Shown piece by piece: positions 24,857 through 33,539 of a stretch of DNA of 42,917 nucleotides (positions are counted from its first letter, which is position 1; every line of letters begins with the position of its first letter). The stretch is from a virus. Its lineage: Duplodnaviria > Heunggongvirae > Uroviricota > Caudoviricetes. The stretch lies in IMG/VR virus record IMGVR_UViG_2718218102_000002; one strand, written 5' to 3'. The translations under genes and the position numbers were made by a program. The notes beneath the pieces are model-generated. The model was not told the origin of the DNA and searched no databases. It saw only the letters and a list, made by a program, of their open reading frames with translations.

Positions 24857-24868
24857 AAAAACCGCGAG
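24857..24868 (-). other. cos: cosN 12-nt cohesive end (GGGCGGCGACCT on the minus strand)
   Basis: Exact 12-mer, with flanking context CAGGTTACG|GGGCGGCGACCT|CGCGGTTTTTCACTATTTATGAAAAT matching the recalled lambda cos junction. Confidence 0.85.
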
Positions 24869-25026
24869 GTCGCCGCCCCGTAACCTGTTGGATCGACGGA
24901 AAGGACCCGAAAACGAGAATAATTATCACTTACAGCAAGAATCGAATCTGATCTATTATGGTGCTTGCTATTATGTGCCGGCACAAGTGCGTCGTTTACC
25001 GTCATTTCACACAGAGGCATCATCAA

Positions 25027-25278
25027 ATGAAAATCAGAAATATTCTCGCTATCTCCCTTGCGACATCATCCTTCAGTTGCCTGGCATTTAAATCCTCGCC
25101 CAATGTGCTACCAGGACCAACGAATCAACTAACTGCGGTAGAAAGTAAAATTATCGGACATTTTTATGCCCCACACAGTACATTACCCGGAACAACCATC
25201 ACAGGGACATGTGACGCCTCCCCCGTCCCGGGATGCACCTGCCCGTTTTGTACTATGCTGCGTAGCCAAAACCGATAA
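25027..25278 (+). CDS. Hypothetical small secreted Cys-containing protein
   Basis: Internal ATG of track ORF 24958-25278 gives an 83-aa product with a signal-peptide-like N-terminus (MKIRNILAISLATSSFSCLA) and a CxCPFC motif near the C-terminus. Confidence 0.3.
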   Translation: MKIRNILAISLATSSFSCLAFKSSPNVLPGPTNQLTAVESKIIGHFYAPHSTLPGTTITGTCDASPVPGCTCPFCTMLRSQNR

Positions 25279-25641
25279 CATCCGCATTTACCTGGTATTC
25301 CATGATGAGTTCACGCAGCGACTGATAGAGGAAGGAAAGATGGTTAGTAAAAGCAAGGCACATTGCCGCCGCATGCTGCAGGCATTGCAACAGACGAGAG
25401 CAGGTATTTTTGACCAGTTGGAAAACTGCCAGCATACTTTGCCCGAGTATATCGCCATCTCATCGGAAACCAGTGCAACTCTTATTCATCGGGTTCCACC
25501 AGAGAAAAAGAAGAAATGAACAGTGAGGCGTTGTGTGGCATACAACGCCTTCTTCCATCATTCCTCGTCAGCCATGACAAAAATATAACCGCTGGCTCTT
25601 TCATTTTTCTCCTGCTTCCAGCCCCTCTCTATCTGGAAGCA

Positions 25642-25968
25642 TCAAGGACGTGACGGCGTAAAGATAAATTGTCTCTTCACTCCCTGACAGGGGCGATTCT
25701 TTTCAAATCGCCATTTCGCCATGGCCTTCACCACTTCATCACGAAACAAATTATGAGGCTCTGAGCGGAGAAAAACGATCCGTGTCACAGTCCCATCAGC
25801 ACCAATATCGAACTTAACCTCAACCAGCCCCTTGATATAATTTGCTGCAGCATATTCCGGATATCGTGGATACACCGTCACTAATTGCCGGGGCTCATCA
25901 GCTTTTTGCTGCGAGCATCCCACTGCCAGGACAGATAACAGAAAAAGTAGTAAAAGGCGTCTTTTCAT
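25642..25968 (-). CDS. Lipoprotein with TonB C-terminal-like domain (accessory gene)
   Basis: Start set at MKRRLLLLFLLSVLAVGCSQ (lipobox LAVGC), with an AGGA Shine-Dalgarno. The mature part resembles the TonB_C fold pattern (YPRYPEYAAANYIKGLVEVKFDIGADGTV…AMAKWRFE). Confidence 0.55.
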   Translation of the reverse strand: MKRRLLLLFLLSVLAVGCSQQKADEPRQLVTVYPRYPEYAAANYIKGLVEVKFDIGADGTVTRIVFLRSEPHNLFRDEVVKAMAKWRFEKNRPCQGVKRQFIFTPSRP

Positions 25969-26448
25969 TTTTATTCCTACGGGTCTTATTCTGACAATAT
26001 ATCCTGTGTTCCAGACTGCCACATCACCACATCCTGTGCCATTATCTGACTCACATTACATACATCGCATCGGGATACAGTAGTAGCACTTTCTGTAATA
26101 CAGCTTCCTGTTTCTTCCACCATCGCACCGGGATAAACCCGCGAATCATTAACGCGGTAAAAACCCGGTGTGCATCGTTTTTAATTATTCCCGCACACTC
26201 ACGCAGAAGGAATTCCCCGTCGGGCTACGGTCATGGTTAATGCGGGAATACGGCGACGATACAGCGCAGCTAAAAGGGTAATGGACGGATAGACCGGTTT
26301 ATTTCATTCCACAGGATTCTGAGTGTCCCCAACTTCCTCCAATAGTCTGAGCCCACCTGTGTAGTTTTAATTTTCATCAATCCATTTAACTATCGTTTAA
26401 TTGTTGTCACATAGGATTCTGCCGTTTTTAACAATGCAGGATAATAAG

Positions 26449-26742
26449 ATGAAAAAAATGTTGTTTTCTGCCGCTCTGGCAATGCTTATTACAGGATGTG
26501 CTCAACAGACGTTTACTGTTGGAAACAAACCTACAGCAGTAACACCAAAGGAAACCATCACCCATCATTTCTTCGTTTCGGGAATTGGGCAGAAGAAAAC
26601 TGTCGATGCAGCAAAAATTTGTGGTGGTGCAGAAAATGTTGTTAAAACAGAAACCCAGCAAACATTCGTAAATGGATTGCTCGGTTTTATTACTTTAGGC
26701 ATTTATACTCCGCTGGAAGCGCGTGTGTATTGCTCACAATAA
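26449..26742 (+). CDS. bor: Bor lipoprotein (serum resistance)
   Basis: 97 aa, starting MKKMLFSAALAMLITGCAQQ; opposite strand to the late genes, between Rz and cos as in lambda. Confidence 0.9.
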   Translation: MKKMLFSAALAMLITGCAQQTFTVGNKPTAVTPKETITHHFFVSGIGQKKTVDAAKICGGAENVVKTETQQTFVNGLLGFITLGIYTPLEARVYCSQ

Positions 26743-26773
26743 TTGCATGAGTTGCCCATCGATATGGGCAGCT

Positions 26774-27235
26774 CTATCTGCACTGCTCATTAATATACTT
26801 CTGGGTTCCTTCCAGTTGTTTTTGCATAGTGATCAGCCTCTCTCTGAGGGTGAAATAATCCCGTTCAGCGGTGTCTGCCAGTCGGGGGGAGGCTGCATTA
26901 TCCACGCCGGAGGCGGTGGTGGCTTCACGCACTGACTGACAGACTGCTTTGATGTGCAACCGACGACGACCAGCGGCAACATCATCACGCAGAGCATCAT
27001 TTTCAGCTTTCGCATCAGCTAACTCCTTCGTGTATTTTGCATCGAGCGCAGCAACATCACGCTGACGCATCTGCATGTCAGTAATTGCCGCGTTCGCCAG
27101 CTTCAGTTCTCTGGCATTTTTGTCGCGCTGGGCTTTGTAGGTAATGGCGTTATTACGGTAATGATTAACAGCCCATGACAGGCAGACGATGATGCAGATA
27201 ACCAGAGCGGAGATAATCGCGGTTACTCTGTTCAT
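26774..27235 (-). CDS. Rz: Spanin inner-membrane subunit Rz
   Basis: 153 aa, starting [26 protein letters not shown]. Confidence 0.9.
   Translation of the reverse strand: MNRVTAIISALVICIIVCLSWAVNHYRNNAITYKAQRDKNARELKLANAAITDMQMRQRDVAALDAKYTKELADAKAENDALRDDVAAGRRRLHIKAVCQSVREATTASGVDNAASPRLADTAERDYFTLRERLITMQKQLEGTQKYINEQCR
26833..27015 (-). CDS. Rz1: Spanin outer-membrane lipoprotein Rz1, embedded in Rz in the +1 frame
   Basis: 60 aa with lipobox (VVVGC) and a proline run (PPPPP), lying wholly inside Rz. Confidence 0.85.
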   Translation of the reverse strand: MRKLKMMLCVMMLPLVVVGCTSKQSVSQCVKPPPPPAWIMQPPPDWQTPLNGIISPSERG

Positions 27236-27729
27236 TGCTGACCCCACAAACAGATTTCACGCTCAATCTCACGACGAGTCATGAGACCTTTCCATTGCTT
27301 ACCGCCAGCATATGTCCAGCGACGTAGCTGATCACATGAGCCTTTGATATCGCCCTGGTTTATTTTGCGAAGAAGCGTCGATGTTCTGAAATTACCAGCA
27401 CCCACGTTGTAAACGAATGAGTAAAGAGCGCCGCGCGTTGTTTCCGGTATATCGACTGTGATGTACGGGTTAATTTGTCTGGCGACAGTGGCAAGGTCTT
27501 TATTCAGGAGTGCTTTGCATTCTGCTTTGGTATACGTTTTACCGAGCATGATGTCTTTTCCTGTATGCCCGTGACATACAGTCCATACACCAACAATATC
27601 TTTGTATGGTATGTAGCTGACACCTTCCAGACCATCGTTACCACTTGGGCCAGTGATTAACACTGATGCTATAGCAATTGCTCCGCCACCAATAGCAGCA
27701 GCAACGGCTTTTCGTAATGATGGAGGCAT
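27232..27729 (-). CDS. R: SAR endolysin (T4-lysozyme fold, phage 21 R-like)
   Basis: Gly/Ala-rich signal-anchor-release N-terminus ([18 protein letters not shown]) followed by a lysozyme E…D…T catalytic pattern. Confidence 0.85.
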   Translation of the reverse strand: MPPSLRKAVAAAIGGGAIAIASVLITGPSGNDGLEGVSYIPYKDIVGVWTVCHGHTGKDIMLGKTYTKAECKALLNKDLATVARQINPYITVDIPETTRGALYSFVYNVGAGNFRTSTLLRKINQGDIKGSCDQLRRWTYAGGKQWKGLMTRREIEREICLWGQQ

Positions 27730-27944
27730 TATTCACCTCTCGCAGCCTTGCGCTTATCTTCTTTAATCTTGAAATAAAGGTTTGTCAGGTACGTCAGCAG
27801 GCCAAATACCAGGCTACCCAGCACACCTATTGCCGCCCACTGTGAGGGCGTGACTTTATCGAGCAACTGTAAAAACCAGTACCCGGCACTACCTGCTGAG
27901 GTACCATAGGCGACACCCGTTGTTAACTTATCCATGGATTTCAT
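27729..27944 (-). CDS. S: Pinholin (phage 21 S-like) with dual-start MKSM motif
   Basis: 71 aa with two TM segments; MKSMDK start allows the 71-aa antiholin and 68-aa holin forms. Confidence 0.85.
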
Positions 27945-28073
27945 AACCCCACCTCGCAGACAAAGCGGGTGTAAATTAAGGGGATACTACGTATCGCAAT
28001 AAAGGCAGAAACGTAACAGATTCGGAGTCAGTGAATAACTCAGGTATTGGGTTATCAGCTAATATCGAGACTC

Positions 28074-28106
28074 AAAAAATGGAAAAACCCGCTCGACGGC
28101 GGGTTT
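28074..28106 (-). terminator. Putative intrinsic terminator upstream of the lysis cassette (tR'-like position)
   Basis: Minus-strand hairpin aaacccgc-cgtcga-gcgggttt followed by ttccatttttt, about 130 bp upstream of the S start. Confidence 0.45.
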
Positions 28107-28532
28107 AAGCTGTGTGACGAAGTAACCACTCTTAACAGCATAACCAATTTTTTACGTACGTAAACTACTAAATGATATTTGTGAGAATGCCACCGAGTGT
28201 TCAAAACACCACCACAAATGCATAAGAAAACTTCAACAAATAACCAGTTAATAATTTCCGATGTTATTTTTAGTTTGTTTAAATTAAGCTAAAGAATTAT
28301 AGAGCACTTATAAATAAGTGCCATTAATATAAATTAGCTAATAGATTTATTTTTGTTCAGACAAGAGCCATGAATAGGATTAGATAGAAAAGGTTCCGAT
28401 AAAAATAGAGATCTACTTCACAAATTAAATGAGAAACTAAAACTTACATCTTGAAATAATCACATTGATTAGATGAATATTTATCGCGCAGTGACATCAT
28501 TTTTTAATAATAGTTCAAAAAAAGGGCGTACA

Positions 28533-29615
28533 ATGAAAAAATTAACAGTGGCAATTTCTGCTGTAGCTGCATCAGTACTGATGGCGATGTCTGCTCAGGC
28601 AGCTGAAATTTATAATAAAGACAGTAACAAGCTGGATCTATACGGGAAAGTTAATGCCAAGCACTACTTCTCCTCTAATGATGCAGATGATGGTGATACT
28701 ACTTATGCCCGTCTTGGCTTCAAAGGTGAAACCCAAATCAACGATCAACTGACTGGTTTCGGTCAGTGGGAATATGAATTCAAAGGCAACCGTGCTGAAT
28801 CTCAAGGTTCTTCCAAAGACAAAACCCGTCTTGCATTTGCAGGCCTGAAATTTGGTGATTACGGCTCAATCGATTACGGCCGTAACTACGGTGTAGCATA
28901 CGACATCGGTGCGTGGACTGACGTTCTGCCAGAATTCGGTGGTGATACCTGGACCCAAACAGATGTGTTCATGACTGGTCGCACTACTGGTGTTGCAACT
29001 TATCGTAACAACGACTTCTTTGGTCTGGTCGATGGCCTGAACTTTGCTGCTCAGTATCAGGGTAAAAATGACCGCACTGACGTAACTGAAGCCAATGGTG
29101 ATGGTTTCGGTTTCTCCACTACTTATGAGTATGAAGGATTCGGCGTGGGTGCAACCTATGCTAAATCAGATCGCACTGACGGTCAGGTCGCCTATGGTAA
29201 GAGCAAATTCAATGCCTCCGGCAAAAATGCGGAAGTATGGGCTGCAGGCCTGAAATATGATGCGAACAATATCTATCTGGCTACCACATATTCTGAAACT
29301 CAGAATATGACCGTTTTTGGTAATAACCATATTGCAAACAAAGCACAAAACTTTGAAGCAGTAGCACAATATCAGTTTGACTTCGGTCTGCGTCCATCTG
29401 TTGCTTACCTTCAGTCAAAAGGTAAAGACCTTGGTGTTCATGGTGACCGAGACTTAGTCAAGTATGTCGATGTCGGTGCTACTTACTACTTTAATAAAAA
29501 CATGTCCACTTTTGTTGATTACAAAATCAACTTAATTGACGATAGTAAGTTTACCAAAACAGCTGGTATTGATACCGACGACATCGTCGCTGTAGGTCTG
29601 GTTTATCAGTTCTAA
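28533..29615 (+). CDS. Outer membrane porin, OmpC/OmpF/NmpC (Lc-like) family
   Basis: Start set at MKKLTVAIS with a cleavable signal peptide; classic porin N-terminus [16 protein letters not shown] and C-terminal VGLVYQF. Confidence 0.85.
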   Translation: MKKLTVAISAVAASVLMAMSAQAAEIYNKDSNKLDLYGKVNAKHYFSSNDADDGDTTYARLGFKGETQINDQLTGFGQWEYEFKGNRAESQGSSKDKTRLAFAGLKFGDYGSIDYGRNYGVAYDIGAWTDVLPEFGGDTWTQTDVFMTGRTTGVATYRNNDFFGLVDGLNFAAQYQGKNDRTDVTEANGDGFGFSTTYEYEGFGVGATYAKSDRTDGQVAYGKSKFNASGKNAEVWAAGLKYDANNIYLATTYSETQNMTVFGNNHIANKAQNFEAVAQYQFDFGLRPSVAYLQSKGKDLGVHGDRDLVKYVDVGATYYFNKNMSTFVDYKINLIDDSKFTKTAGIDTDDIVAVGLVYQF

Positions 29616-29632
29616 TCTGACTTACGAAAAAG

Positions 29633-29668
29633 ATATGTTGCGGGAGGCTTTGCCTCCGCAACATATAA
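29633..29668 (+). terminator. Palindromic hairpin downstream of the porin gene
   Basis: atatgttgcgggaggc-ttt-gcctccgcaacatata; no clear U-tract. Confidence 0.4.
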
Positions 29669-29743
29669 GTGGAGCCCTCAAGCCACTTCCTTTAGAAGCA
29701 CTACCTTGCTTCTTACTATATAAACCTTCTGTTATATATTACC

Positions 29744-29769
29744 CTTTATTTTGGGGGCGTTTCCACGCC
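29744..29769 (+). terminator. Putative intrinsic terminator
   Basis: ggggcgt-ttcc-acgcccc followed by atttttaa. Confidence 0.45.
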
Positions 29770-29803
29770 CCATTTTTAATAACTTTTAGTAAACAATTGC
29801 ATA

Positions 29804-30187
29804 TCAATTAGAATTATTAGCAACGATATCCATATCTAACCGGATATCTAATGCCATTAACATCCCTTCAATTATGCCCTCAGCCTTCTGTAACCTTTTC
29901 CCGATATAACCATCCGAGCAGCAATGCTTACTTGCCAGTGACATGAATGTCATACCACATACATAATAATCTACTAATAAATCGTGTAAATCGCTGTTGT
30001 TCTTTTTCAGACGGGCCATGCACCCGCAAATGATCATCGCGTCATCGTCACAACATTGCGGGCGAGATTTTACTTTTGAAGGAATTAATCCCTTAAAACC
30101 GGCGGCAATGGACGACCAGGTCACATCTTCATGATTATTAGCCGCCCACGCACCCCAACGCTCAAGAACCATCTGAATATCACGCAT
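29804..30187 (-). CDS. Late-gene antiterminator Q, DLP12 QuuD/phage 82-type
   Basis: Start set at [18 protein letters not shown], giving 127 aa. Cys-rich ([18 protein letters not shown]) and sits just upstream of the late region. Confidence 0.75.
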   Translation of the reverse strand: MRDIQMVLERWGAWAANNHEDVTWSSIAAGFKGLIPSKVKSRPQCCDDDAMIICGCMARLKKNNSDLHDLLVDYYVCGMTFMSLASKHCCSDGYIGKRLQKAEGIIEGMLMALDIRLDMDIVANNSN

Positions 30188-30409
30188 CAACTTACTCCAC
30201 AAAAATCAGACCAGAACGCCAATTACAAGCAAAAATCAACAAAACAGTATTAGTTGATTGTTATCTCTGACTTCATACTCCTGTTCCTGTCAGGGTTTTG
30301 GCGTAATTCTTCAGTATTCGGTAATCGGTCAAAACAGAACCGGGGAAACGATATAAGCGCAGACGCCCCCAGCGGTGGCGAAGAAGTTCTGCCATATTAA
30401 ACTCAAACA

Positions 30410-30772
30410 TCATTCATTCCCCATTTCGGTGATGGTCAGTTCCAGCCTCCCACCTTTGGTAACAGGCATCTTCACAACGCGGTAATCAACGACCTGAGCA
30501 TCATCCAGCCAGAAACCTGCTTTAGTGAGTGCGTCAAAAGCGGCTTTTTGCAGATTATCCAGGTCACGGCGACGGCGATCCGGCATGTGGCACTCAATGC
30601 GGATTTTCACAGGCATAGCCAGGCCGATATCCAGCATTGCGTTTTTAATGATTCGGGCGACGTTATCGCGGTATGCCTGCCCCTCTGCGCTGACGTGCGT
30701 GCGCCCGCGATTATGGCGGTAATAGCGATTATTGCTCGGAGGCCAGGGTAATGTGATGCTGTAGGTATTCAC
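30410..30772 (-). CDS. rusA: Holliday junction resolvase RusA
   Basis: 120 aa, starting [18 protein letters not shown], matching the E. coli RusA as recalled. Confidence 0.9.
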   Translation of the reverse strand: MNTYSITLPWPPSNNRYYRHNRGRTHVSAEGQAYRDNVARIIKNAMLDIGLAMPVKIRIECHMPDRRRRDLDNLQKAAFDALTKAGFWLDDAQVVDYRVVKMPVTKGGRLELTITEMGNE

Positions 30773-31059
30773 GCCTTAATAACCCCCTCTTTCAGCCACA
30801 TAACCTGTGTTCTCGCCATACCTTCCAGCGCGCATTCTTTTGCATATGCAGCATCGACAAAATGTGTGCGGCGGTCGATTTCGTCGTGGCAGGCAGAACA
30901 TGCAATGGTGGCAATCAGGTCTGGCGGTTTGGTACCGGTGCCGCACAATCCAGTCAGCCGGATATGTGCCAGTACAGACGTTTCAGGGTTGCCATTACAT
31001 ACGCCAGGGATTCTTACCTGGCATTCCCGACCACGCGCTGCTTTTCTCAAATCAGCCAT
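30769..31059 (-). CDS. YbcO-like protein (DUF1364), putative nuclease
   Basis: Start set at [14 protein letters not shown] (AGGAGG Shine-Dalgarno 5 nt upstream), giving 96 aa with a Cys cluster. ATGA overlap with the rusA start. Confidence 0.65.
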   Translation of the reverse strand: MADLRKAARGRECQVRIPGVCNGNPETSVLAHIRLTGLCGTGTKPPDLIATIACSACHDEIDRRTHFVDAAYAKECALEGMARTQVMWLKEGVIKA

Positions 31060-31222
31060 GACTCCTCCTTGCTGCCAGTCGCAACCATTTTTTATCAACC
31101 AGGCTGGCGGTATATCCGAGCAGTGTTGGTATTTCGGATGGCTTCAGCTCAGGCTTACGCTTACGACGATTTGATACTCTGTAGATGTGTCCGTTCATGA
31201 CACGAATAAGCGGTGTAGCCAT
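31052..31222 (-). CDS. NinE-like small basic protein (below the track length cutoff)
   Basis: Hand-translated 56-aa [59 protein letters not shown]. Start overlaps the ninB stop (TAATG) and stop overlaps the ybcO-like start. Confidence 0.4.
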   Translation of the reverse strand: MATPLIRVMNGHIYRVSNRRKRKPELKPSEIPTLLGYTASLVDKKWLRLAARRSHG

Positions 31223-31677
31223 TACGCCTCCTGCTTGTCGCGGAGCAGCTGGAACTCGCAGCTCTGCGGAATAGTCAGGTGGCAGCCAATATTCACCGCC
31301 CAGGCTTCAACCTTACACAGGAAGACATACATCTCTCCGGTATCAAGATCGGAGGTATGGCGTAACGACTGGATAGTGGTGATATCACCGGTTACGACAT
31401 CAACCAGGTCTTTGGTTTCATAACCGAGATATGTGTGTTTGAGAGCATCTTTTACCCAAGCTGGAGTGGCGAACGTTTTACCCCTGCTGATGAGGTATTC
31501 ACTGATTTCGCTGTACCACATGTGGCTGAGTGCATTCTGGGAAAGACTGCGTCTCTCGCGCCACGGTTTAAGCACCATGCGAAAGCATTTGCCGTCTTCC
31601 AGATAAGTCTGGATCTGCTGACCGACAGCGGTGAAGTTACCGCGATGTAATTTGATGCCATCTTGTGGGAGGTTCAC
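31222..31677 (-). CDS. ninB: NinB/YbcN-family recombination protein
   Basis: 151 aa; contains the SLSQN…W pattern recalled for NinB. Confidence 0.7.
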   Translation of the reverse strand: MNLPQDGIKLHRGNFTAVGQQIQTYLEDGKCFRMVLKPWRERRSLSQNALSHMWYSEISEYLISRGKTFATPAWVKDALKHTYLGYETKDLVDVVTGDITTIQSLRHTSDLDTGEMYVFLCKVEAWAVNIGCHLTIPQSCEFQLLRDKQEA

Positions 31678-31944
31678 GCTTCACCTCCGCAGAGATCAAA
31701 CGCTGGATGCAAGACATCGCAGGTGCATTTCTGCATCTGTGACAAGGTGATGAGTTCAGATTGTGGTCGCATTTAAGTCCCCTTAAATGCGCAGAAGTCA
31801 CCGGAGTTGTTCAGGCTCCGATGAGAGGATTATGGCGGATTGATTACGATAAATCAAAACTATCTTGAAGCCAAAACAGTGATCTTCGCTTTAAAAACCT
31901 TGTATACTTTCACCTAATCACAGCCAGAACTATGGATCTAACCA

Positions 31945-32322
31945 ATGACCAACAAAGAAAACAAAGATAAATATATTAACAAGTTCAAGAAAGAGCTTTC
32001 AAAATATATACAACCAACTGCTGGAGTGGACATTCAATTATTTAACTCTAAGGATGGTGGTGGTGTAATTAAAGCCACTTTGAATAGAAGTGGAAAAAGA
32101 AAATCATCTATTGCAGGTAATTTTACTAAATTAGGTGAGGCAATTACCTCGAGTGGGCAGAGGGTTTTTGGTGGTGATCTATCAAATGTAAATTTTTACG
32201 GAACAAATACGATTTTTGATGGAGATACAATATTTTTAATTAAATCACCTGATTCAGAGGAGTGGTCATCACAAAAAGCTTCCAAAGACGTAGAGGGAAT
32301 CGTATTTGGAGGGAAAAAATGA
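31945..32322 (+). CDS. Hypothetical soluble protein (AT-rich opposite-strand cassette, gene 1)
   Basis: 125 aa, Lys/Gly-rich, no predicted TM segment; very low GC compared with flanking phage genes. Confidence 0.5.
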   Translation: MTNKENKDKYINKFKKELSKYIQPTAGVDIQLFNSKDGGGVIKATLNRSGKRKSSIAGNFTKLGEAITSSGQRVFGGDLSNVNFYGTNTIFDGDTIFLIKSPDSEEWSSQKASKDVEGIVFGGKK

Positions 32323-32747
32323 TTAACATTACTACTAAGGATGGCACTCAAGTCAGTGGTGAAGTAAGAGATCTAGTAATTCTTCTTGAAACTGATGGAA
32401 AAACGGTGTCTGATTATTTGCAGCCAATCCCTCCCAAAAAAGATACACACTGGAGCATGATTTTCATTCCGGTAGCAATTTATATACTACTTAATCTTGT
32501 ATACATTATTGCTCACCCATTATTTCCTGAAAAATATCTAAAAACATCAACATCTATATTTCTATTCATTTCCTTCATATTAAGTGCAATAGTAGCATAT
32601 TTTGTTTTCCATAAGCATAAATCTGCCACTCTATCCATATGCAGCTTAGTGTTCTTAGTGTTAATTGTAGGTGCTAACGTAGGGTTTATCAGTTACAGCG
32701 ACCTAACACAAAAAGCGACGCAAAAATTAGATAGTTTGTCTAAATAA
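32319..32747 (+). CDS. Hypothetical membrane protein, about 3 TM helices (AT-rich cassette, gene 2)
   Basis: Start set at MINITTKDG, with GGAGGG Shine-Dalgarno and ATGA overlap with the gene 1 stop. Soluble N-terminal ~45 aa, then three hydrophobic segments. Confidence 0.5.
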   Translation: MINITTKDGTQVSGEVRDLVILLETDGKTVSDYLQPIPPKKDTHWSMIFIPVAIYILLNLVYIIAHPLFPEKYLKTSTSIFLFISFILSAIVAYFVFHKHKSATLSICSLVFLVLIVGANVGFISYSDLTQKATQKLDSLSK

Positions 32748-32825
32748 TTATGTTGCCATGCGAAGTATGCATGGCTGCATGTCTGCCTTCCATTTAAAAT
32801 GGGCTAAGACCTATAACCCTAAATA

Positions 32826-33539
32826 TTATTCTTTATTATCTTCTTTACCACTTCGCACCATCCCGTTCGACTTGTTGCGGTTGTACTTCGCCTGAAGCAG
32901 CTGGATTGGCGTCGGGCCATGCTCGGCAGCCGGTGCTGCAATCGCCCGGCGCACAGGCGGTACTGGTTTGCCCTCGGTGACGCGCCTCTCCCACATGTCC
33001 AGCAGATCGCCGGCTTCACGCGCCAGCTCACCATGCGTTAACTGGCGCTCTGTGCTGCGGTGGCGCAGTTCGACGCAGATGTGGTACATGACAGGCTGTG
33101 ACCACGGGAAATGCTCGCTGGAAGTGAATTCGAAGGAACGATTACGCCAATCCCAGTATTCGGTTATGACTTGGTCAACAGTGATACCTAACGCCCCGCC
33201 ACTCTGCTTACACCACGCTACGAACTGGCCGGGCGACGGCAGGAATGGTCGCTCCTGTCGGCGGGCCACGCGCATTCCGGCGTTAACCTGCTCCATAGTG
33301 GTAATTCCATTTTCACGGAAAGCCATAACCCACTGACGGCGGATTTCGTTCAGCTCGTTCTGGTCGCGGTTCGCGAGGCTTGCCGGAAATGTCGCAAGCA
33401 GCTGGCTGAACACACCGTTGATGATCTGCGCCACCTGCTGCACCTGCGGCTTTTCGTCGTATTGTTCCGGCATGTTGTTGGCGATTCGACGCATCTGCTC
33501 ACGGTCAAAGTTAATCATCTGCGCGGCAATATTTTTCAT
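32826..33539 (-). CDS. P: Replication protein P (DnaB helicase loader)
   Basis: N-terminal ~110 aa (MKNIAAQMINFDREQMRRIANNMPEQYDEKPQVQQ…) matches lambda P as recalled; C-terminal part differs. Confidence 0.85.
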   Translation of the reverse strand: MKNIAAQMINFDREQMRRIANNMPEQYDEKPQVQQVAQIINGVFSQLLATFPASLANRDQNELNEIRRQWVMAFRENGITTMEQVNAGMRVARRQERPFLPSPGQFVAWCKQSGGALGITVDQVITEYWDWRNRSFEFTSSEHFPWSQPVMYHICVELRHRSTERQLTHGELAREAGDLLDMWERRVTEGKPVPPVRRAIAAPAAEHGPTPIQLLQAKYNRNKSNGMVRSGKEDNKE

